Source: an uncultured Oleiharenicola sp.
GTDB lineage: Bacteria > Verrucomicrobiota > Verrucomicrobiia > Opitutales > Opitutaceae
Direction: 5' to 3'
Assembly (NCBI GenBank): GCA_964481095.1
Contig: CAYZSN010000210.1
Coordinates: 3,705 to 67,704 of the forward strand
Length of the DNA stretch: 64,000 nucleotides
Part shown: one piece after another, positions 58,427 to 64,000 of the stretch
How positions within the stretch are numbered: the stretch's first letter is position 1
Layout of the letters: every line of letters begins with the position of its first letter
Position numbers and translations under genes: made by a program
The notes under the pieces: generated by a model
The model's input: the letters and a program-made list of their open reading frames with translations, nothing else
Databases searched by the model: none
Told to the model about the DNA's origin: nothing

Positions 58427-59157
58427 TCGCGCTGCACATGCTGCCCGTCCGCACGGCGGGGGCCGCCGAGAACATGGCGGTGGATTTTCTCCTCTTGCAG
58501 CGCTACCCCGTCCCGGCAGCCGCGCGTTTCCGGCATTACGAATGGCGCGCGCCGGCCTTCACGTTCGGCCTCAGCCAGGCGATCGATTACATCCGCGCGA
58601 ACCTGCCCGCCGAAGGCTCGGCGAAGGAGGGCCGACCGCAATCTTCTCGCTTCGACCTGTGCCGCCGGCCCACCGGCGGCGGGCTGGTGGACCACCGCCA
58701 CGACTGGACCTACAGCCTCGTGATCCCGCGCGGCCACGCCTTGTTCGACGCGCCGGCCACGCAGGCCTACCGTGATGTCCACGCCGCGCTCGCGGCGGCG
58801 ATGCAGGCCCTCGGCGAGCCGGTCGCGCTGCAGGATAAGCGTCACCCCACCGAGGAGGGCCCGACGATCTGCTTCGAGCGCCCGGAACTGTACGACGTGC
58901 TGAACACCAGGACCGGCCTGAAAATCGCCGGCGCGGCGATGAAGCGCAACAAGCACGGCCTGCTCCTGCAGGGATCCATCGAAAAGGGCCGCGTGGCCCC
59001 GATCGACTGGGAGAAATTCCACACACTCTTCGGCGCCGAGCTGGCGCGCGGGCTCGGCGCGGAGCTGACCCCCACGCCGTGGCCGGAGATCAGCGAGGAC
59101 GAACTCGCCGGCCTCGTCGAACAGTACTCCAGCCCCGAGTGGATGGAGCACCGGTAG
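58423..59157 (+). CDS. lipoate-protein ligase family protein
   Basis: NMAVD..LL, RRPTGGG.VDH, ICF, KIAGAA, LLQGSI. Confidence 0.85.
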   Translation: MIALHMLPVRTAGAAENMAVDFLLLQRYPVPAAARFRHYEWRAPAFTFGLSQAIDYIRANLPAEGSAKEGRPQSSRFDLCRRPTGGGLVDHRHDWTYSLVIPRGHALFDAPATQAYRDVHAALAAAMQALGEPVALQDKRHPTEEGPTICFERPELYDVLNTRTGLKIAGAAMKRNKHGLLLQGSIEKGRVAPIDWEKFHTLFGAELARGLGAELTPTPWPEISEDELAGLVEQYSSPEWMEHR

Positions 59158-59160
59158 GGC

Positions 59161-59250
59161 TGGGAGCGGAGAAGGGCGCAGGGAGAAAGCGGAAAGGAAA
59201 ACCGACGCGCCCGTGGATTTTCCTTCTCCCTGCTCCTTTCAGCCTGCTCC
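59161..59250. repeat. degenerate inverted heptamer element (GGGAGCA-like / TGCTCCC-like)
   Basis: GGGAGCG GAGAAGG GCGCAGG GAGAAAG ... CCTTCTC CCTGCTC CTTTCAG CCTGCTC. Confidence 0.55.
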
Positions 59251-60645
59251 TCGCGTCAGCGTGATCACGCACTCGAGGTGGCGCGTCTGCGGGAAGAGGT
59301 CGAAGGGCTGCACCGCCGTGAGCCGGTAGCCGGCGGCGAGGAAGCCCTTCAGGTCGCGCATCTGGGTGGCCGGGTCACACGACACGTAGACGACGGCGCG
59401 CGGGCCGAACGCGAACAACTGGCCCAGGAACGACTCGTCGCAGCCGCGGCGGGGCGGATCGATCACGACGGCGGTGTCGGCCGCCGGGAAATCGAGCCCG
59501 GCGAAAATCCGCGCCGCGTCGCTGGCGCAGAAGGTGGCGTTGCCGATGCCGTTGGCGGCGGCGTTCTCCGTGGCGAACTTCACGGACGTCTCGCTGATCT
59601 CGACCCCCGCCACGCGGGTGAAGGCCGGCGCGCAGCTCAGCGCGAAGAGCCCGCTGCCGCAGTAGGCATCCACGAGGCACGTCGCGCCGCTGGCCGCGGC
59701 CTGGTCGCGCACATAGCCGGTGAACGCCGGCAGGATGAACGGGTTGTTCTGGAAGAAATCGCGGGCGAGGAAGTGCAAACGAAGGGACTTCGTCCCTTCG
59801 AGCTGAGAGTTGAGAGCTGAGAGTTGAGAGTCCGAACCACTGGGCTGACCGCTTGTTTGGGGAATTACCTCATGGATGACGGCATCATAGTCGGTGATCA
59901 CGCCCTCCTGCGCGTGGCGCAGCAGGATCGTGGCGTCACGCTTGTATTCCCCGGCCGCCAGGCGGCGCCGGGTTTTCTCCCGCACTTCGGGCAACTTCGC
60001 ATTAATTTCCGGCGTGGCGATCGGGCACTGCGGCACGTCGACGATCTCAAAGCGTGCGCCCGTTTTGAGAAATCCAATCGGGACTTGTCCGGCCACTCCG
60101 CCTTCCGCAGTCCCCACTCCGCAATGAAAATGCGGCGTGATCTTCGAGCGGTAGCCGAACTCGCGCGGCGAGCCGATGACGGGCGCGACGGCGAACTCCA
60201 CGCCGGCCATGAATTTCAGCAGCTCCTCCACCTGCTGGCGTTTCCACTTCAGCTGCTCCGCATAGGCGAGGTGCTGGTACTGGCAGCCGCCGCAGCGACC
60301 GAACAGCGGACACACCGGCGCCACGCGATGTGGCGAAGGCGTGAGCACCTCGAGCAGGTCGGCTTCGGAGTAGTTCTTGTGGTTGCGGTAGATTCGGACG
60401 CGCACCTTCTCGCCGGGGAGCGTGAAGGGCGTCATGACCACCCACCCGCCTTCGCTCCGCTCCGCGGAGCTTCGGCAAGGCGAGCCTGCCTCACTGGTTG
60501 GCTGATCGCTGATCGCTGACCGCTGAGGGCTTGGAATCGGCACGCGCCCGAGGCCGACGCCGAGGTTGGTCAGCGTGGAAATCTCCAGCTCCAATTCGTG
60601 GTGATAGGGGAACGGCTGGTCGTTGAATTTCTTTTTCTTAACCAC
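59239..60645 (-). CDS. RlmD/TrmA-family RNA m5U methyltransferase with repeat-derived insertions
   Basis: TRAM domain, CPLFGRCGGCQYQH, FFQNN, DAYCGSG, DPPRRG, YVSCDPAT, FPQTRHLE. Confidence 0.92.
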   Translation of the reverse strand: MVKKKKFNDQPFPYHHELELEISTLTNLGVGLGRVPIPSPQRSAISDQPTSEAGSPCRSSAERSEGGWVVMTPFTLPGEKVRVRIYRNHKNYSEADLLEVLTPSPHRVAPVCPLFGRCGGCQYQHLAYAEQLKWKRQQVEELLKFMAGVEFAVAPVIGSPREFGYRSKITPHFHCGVGTAEGGVAGQVPIGFLKTGARFEIVDVPQCPIATPEINAKLPEVREKTRRRLAAGEYKRDATILLRHAQEGVITDYDAVIHEVIPQTSGQPSGSDSQLSALNSQLEGTKSLRLHFLARDFFQNNPFILPAFTGYVRDQAAASGATCLVDAYCGSGLFALSCAPAFTRVAGVEISETSVKFATENAAANGIGNATFCASDAARIFAGLDFPAADTAVVIDPPRRGCDESFLGQLFAFGPRAVVYVSCDPATQMRDLKGFLAAGYRLTAVQPFDLFPQTRHLECVITLTRGAG

Positions 60646-60719
60646 AGAGACACAGAGGACACAGAGTTTTAGGTATTTGCCTAGTCTGAATTCTCCGTGC
60701 TCTCTGTGCCTCTGTGGTT
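60640..60719. repeat. palindromic element AACCACAGAG(ACACAGAG-type repeats)...CTCTGTGGTT
   Basis: 10-bp perfect terminal IR with three CACAGAG units per arm (one degenerate); spans the whole divergent intergenic region. Confidence 0.85.
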
Positions 60720-61520
60720 CAACCCGAGAAAATCACCAGCCTCCAGAATCCCCGCCTCAAGCAGCTTGTGAAGCTGCGCGAGCGGCGCGACCGCGACGAT
60801 GCCGGGCTGTTCCTGGTCGAAGGCTACCGTGAGGTGCGCCGCGCGCTCGAGAAGGGCGTGCGGCCGCGCGAGCTGTATTTCAGCCCCGACTGGTTTCTCG
60901 GCGAAAACGAGCCGGCGCTGATCGAGCAGGCGAAGCAGGCCGGCGCGCAGTTGTTCGAGCTGTCGAAGGAGGCCTTCGCCAAGGTGGCTTATCGCGAGCG
61001 GCCCGACGGCCTGCTCGCGGTCGCCCCGCAATGGAAACACGGCCTCGACGACCTGCGGCTCGGCGCACACCCCTTCCTGCTCGTGGTGGAGTCGATCGAG
61101 AAGCCCGGCAACCTCGGCACCATCCTGCGCAGCGCGGATGCCGCCGGCTGCGACGGCGTGATCGTGTGCGACGCGGTGACCGACATCTTCAACCCCAACG
61201 TCGTGCGCGCCTCGACCGGCGTGCTGTTCTCCGTGCCGGTAGTGGTCGCCGACAGCGCGGCCGTGCACGCGTGGCTCCGCACGAAGGGCATCCGCATCGT
61301 GGCGACGACGCCCGACACGCCGCACGTCTATTCCAAGGCCGACCTCCGCGGCGCGCTGGCGATCGTCATGGGCAGCGAGCAGTACGGCCTGAGCGACTTC
61401 TGGCTGAAGGAAAGCAACCTGCTCGTCCGCATCCCCATGGCCGGCCAGGCCGACTCGCTCAACGTCGCGATGGCGACGATCATCACGCTCTTCGAGGCCG
61501 TCCGGCAGCGGAACGGGTGA
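60714..61520 (+). CDS. TrmH/SpoU-family RNA methyltransferase
   Basis: ITSLQNP, FLVEG, EKPGNLGTILRSADAAG, GSEQYGL, IPM..SLNVA. Confidence 0.92.
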   Translation: MVQPEKITSLQNPRLKQLVKLRERRDRDDAGLFLVEGYREVRRALEKGVRPRELYFSPDWFLGENEPALIEQAKQAGAQLFELSKEAFAKVAYRERPDGLLAVAPQWKHGLDDLRLGAHPFLLVVESIEKPGNLGTILRSADAAGCDGVIVCDAVTDIFNPNVVRASTGVLFSVPVVVADSAAVHAWLRTKGIRIVATTPDTPHVYSKADLRGALAIVMGSEQYGLSDFWLKESNLLVRIPMAGQADSLNVAMATIITLFEAVRQRNG

Positions 61521-61531
61521 AGTTCTGGGTT

Positions 61532-61725
61532 AACCACTAATCGATTTCGCCAAAGGCGAAATTTTAAGAGTGCAGCCATGGCTGATCGCCATCGCTTTGG
61601 GGTTCCGGGTGCCCGCTTATCGCGGGCTTTGAAGGTCTGCGATTAGCAGACCCCTAAACAACTGCGGAGGCGATCAGCCGGAGCGGTAGAGGTAATTTCG
61701 CCTTTGGCGAAATCGATTAGTGGTT
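61532..61725. mobile_element. 194-bp MITE/REPIN-like element with perfect 32-bp terminal inverted repeats
   Basis: AACCACTAATCGATTTCGCCAAAGGCGAAATT (61532-61563) and its exact reverse complement (61694-61725); no internal ORF. Confidence 0.7.
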
Positions 61726-61738
61726 CCAAATTCCGTGT

Positions 61739-62761
61739 CTAAAACGCGTTTCCCGCCTTGTAGTGCGCGACGAGCTCGGCCGTGCCCTCGGCCATCGTCA
61801 CGAGCGGGTGGTAGCCGAGGTCGCGGCGCGCGGCCGAGATGTTGAAATAGTGGTCGGTCGCCATTTCCTTGGCGACAAAGCGCGTCATCGGCGGTTCGCC
61901 GGCGCGCCGCGTGAGCCGCCAGATGCCCTCGAACACGCCGCCGGCCGCGTATGCGGCGGCGAACGGGACGTGCTTTGTGACCGGCGGATGGTTGAGGGCC
62001 GTCAGCAGGTCGTTGATCCACGGCCACAGCAGGACCGGCTCGCCGTTGGTGATGAAGTAGGCGCGGCCGCCGGCCGGGCTGTTGGGCTGCACGAGCGCGC
62101 CCTCGGCCAGCAGGTGGGCGTCGACGACGTTGGTAATGTGCGCCAGGTCCACCCTATTCCGGCCGTCGCCGACGATCCTCAGCTTGCCGGCCTGGGCGAG
62201 GGCGAGGACGCGCGGCACGACGTTGCGGTCGCCCGGGCCCCACACGAGGTGCGGGCGGAGCGCGATGGTGCAGAAATCCTTCGTGTGCGCCTGCAGCACC
62301 GCGAGCTCGGCGGCGGCCTTGCTCGTGGGGTAGGCGCAGGGCGCCCGCAGGCACAGGGGCGCGGATTCGTTCACGTTGCGCAGGTGGCCGCCCGTGTAGA
62401 CCACGCTGGGCGAGCTCGTGTAAACGAGGCGCGGCACGCGGGCCTGCCGGGCGGCGTCGAGCAGGTTGCGCGTGCCGTCCAGGTTCACGCGGAAAAATTC
62501 GCGGCGGGAACCCCACACGCCGACGCGGCCCGCCACGTGGAAGACGGACTCGGCCGAGCGGCAGCCCCGCTCCAGTGCATGCGCGTCGTGCAGGTCGCCG
62601 GGGATCACCTCGACGCCCTTGGCCTCGAGTTCGGGCAGCGGCCGCCGGGAAAGGGCGCGCACCTTGCGGCCCTCGGCGAGCAGCCGCTCGACAAGGCGGC
62701 CGCCGATGAAGCCGCTGGCACCGGTGACGAAGGCGGGGAAGTTTTTGCGGACGGAGAGCAC
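61739..62761 (-). CDS. NAD-dependent epimerase/dehydratase, OleD-like 2-alkyl-3-oxoalkanoate reductase
   Basis: VTGASGFIG, YTSSPSVV, YPTSK, LRPHLVWGPGD, ARRDLGY; follows the oleC-like gene; start 62761 or 62812. Confidence 0.85.
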   Translation of the reverse strand: MLSVRKNFPAFVTGASGFIGGRLVERLLAEGRKVRALSRRPLPELEAKGVEVIPGDLHDAHALERGCRSAESVFHVAGRVGVWGSRREFFRVNLDGTRNLLDAARQARVPRLVYTSSPSVVYTGGHLRNVNESAPLCLRAPCAYPTSKAAAELAVLQAHTKDFCTIALRPHLVWGPGDRNVVPRVLALAQAGKLRIVGDGRNRVDLAHITNVVDAHLLAEGALVQPNSPAGGRAYFITNGEPVLLWPWINDLLTALNHPPVTKHVPFAAAYAAGGVFEGIWRLTRRAGEPPMTRFVAKEMATDHYFNISAARRDLGYHPLVTMAEGTAELVAHYKAGNAF

Positions 62762-62798
62762 GATCAGGTTTGGAATACGGATGAAAACGGCCCGCCGC

Positions 62799-64000
62799 TC
62801 ATTCGACAACATGTCCTTTCTGGCCCGCCGCCCACGCGGCGAGCGCCAGGCGGTGGATCTTGGCGTTGTGCCGCACGTCGACCGGCAGCGAGGGATGAAG
62901 GAAGAAGCGTTTGATCGCGGCGGTGTGGGAATGGCGCAGCGCGAGCCCACGCAATTCCCCGAGCAGGCGGACCTGGTCGGTCGGCGTGGAGGTCTGGATC
63001 GGTTGCACGACCAGCGCCGGTTCCTGCCGGCCGGCCGGGCCCAGGCCGATGAGCGCGCAGCGCGCAACGCGGGGATGACGGCGGAAAACCTGCTCGCACG
63101 GCTCGGGATAAAGGTCGCCCGTCGGCGTGGTCACGCGCTCGGCAATGCGGCCGCAAAACCACAGGGTGCCGCCGGCGTCGAGATAACCGGCATCGCCCAT
63201 GCGGTGCCAGGTGACGGGGGAGCCGTCGGGCTGCGTGCCGGCAATCTTGGCGAGCGCCGTGGCCTCGGGCAGCGCGTCGTAGGTTTTCGTCACCGACGGG
63301 CCGGTGACGATGATCTCGCCGATCTCGCCGCGGGCCAGCTCGCGGGTCTGGTTGAGCGTGGCGAGCGGGCCCGCGTGCAGCGCGATGACCTTCACGCGGT
63401 TTTTCGGCAGGGGCCGGCCGAGGAGCGCGCCGGCGACCTGGTCGCCGACCGCCTCCGCGTCCGAGACCGTCGCCACCGGCAGGACCTCGGTGGCGCCGTA
63501 CGGGCTGTGGAGGCGGCCATTCACGAGCACGCGCGGGGCGTCGGCCCAGAGCGAGGCGGGCACGGCGGCGCCGGCGCAGAGCACGCGCTTCAACGACGGC
63601 AGCGTGACTTGGTGCGCGAGGCAGTGGTCGAAGATTTTCCGCCAGAGCGTCGGTGAGCCGAAGGAGTTGGTGACGCCCTCCTGCCGGATCGCGCGCACGA
63701 TCTTCGCGGGATCGACGTCCGCGGGCCGCGACGGGTTGATCTCGGGCACAATGGTGGTCAGGCCCAGCGCGGGATTGAAGAGGGCGAAGATGGGCAGCAT
63801 CGGCAAATCCACCTCGCCGGGCTGGATGTCGTAGGCCTCGCGCACAAGCCGCACCTGCGCCTCGAACATGCCGTGTTCGTAGCAGACGCCCTTCGGCGCG
63901 CCGGTGGAACCGCTCGTGAACAGCACCGCCGCGAGGTCCGCGGCCGCGCTGTTCACGGGTTGAAAGTTGAAAGTTGAAGGTTGAAAGCCGGAAGAAAGGC
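62799..64000 (-). CDS. AMP-dependent ligase, OleC-like olefin beta-lactone synthetase (5' part outside the window)
   Basis: LFTSGSTGAPKGV.YEHGMF, PYGATEVLP, WHRMGD, LPVDVRHNAKI; frame open to the edge. Confidence 0.85.
   Translation of the reverse strand, partial: LSSGFQPSTFNFQPVNSAAADLAAVLFTSGSTGAPKGVCYEHGMFEAQVRLVREAYDIQPGEVDLPMLPIFALFNPALGLTTIVPEINPSRPADVDPAKIVRAIRQEGVTNSFGSPTLWRKIFDHCLAHQVTLPSLKRVLCAGAAVPASLWADAPRVLVNGRLHSPYGATEVLPVATVSDAEAVGDQVAGALLGRPLPKNRVKVIALHAGPLATLNQTRELARGEIGEIIVTGPSVTKTYDALPEATALAKIAGTQPDGSPVTWHRMGDAGYLDAGGTLWFCGRIAERVTTPTGDLYPEPCEQVFRRHPRVARCALIGLGPAGRQEPALVVQPIQTSTPTDQVRLLGELRGLALRHSHTAAIKRFFLHPSLPVDVRHNAKIHRLALAAWAAGQKGHVVE

Overview
High-GC (roughly 68-70% by eye) bacterial chromosomal window. 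Gene content suggests Verrucomicrobiota/Opitutaceae, which is an inference and not a database result. It is mostly core genes: a complete E. coli-order his operon (hisG-D-C-NB-H-A-F-IE), dimeric GlyRS, threonine dehydratase, pssA, dnaN, gnd, nadA-C-B, gmk, miaB, rlmN, pdxH, rlmD/trmH-type RNA methyltransferases and oleC/oleD-like genes. There are also TonB-domain, signalling and membrane proteins. Signals not in the ORF track: (1) an 11-aa His-rich leader peptide (MIFNHHHHHEA) with a full attenuator upstream of hisG; (2) a dense set of palindromic and heptamer-repeat elements from several families, which fill every non-overlapping his junction, supply start/stop codons, and lie in-frame inside rlmD, a lipoate ligase and oleC; (3) a lone low-GC SIR2-like gene after glyQS; (4) a Phd-type antitoxin paired with a MazF-like toxin, plus an orphan RelE-like gene; (5) a CHASE2-adenylate cyclase/SH3-like/M48 protease operon; (6) a candidate oriC upstream of a dnaN that has no adjacent dnaA; (7) recurrent leaderless sigma70-like and ECF-like promoters. 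No rRNA, tRNA, CRISPR array or transposase was seen.
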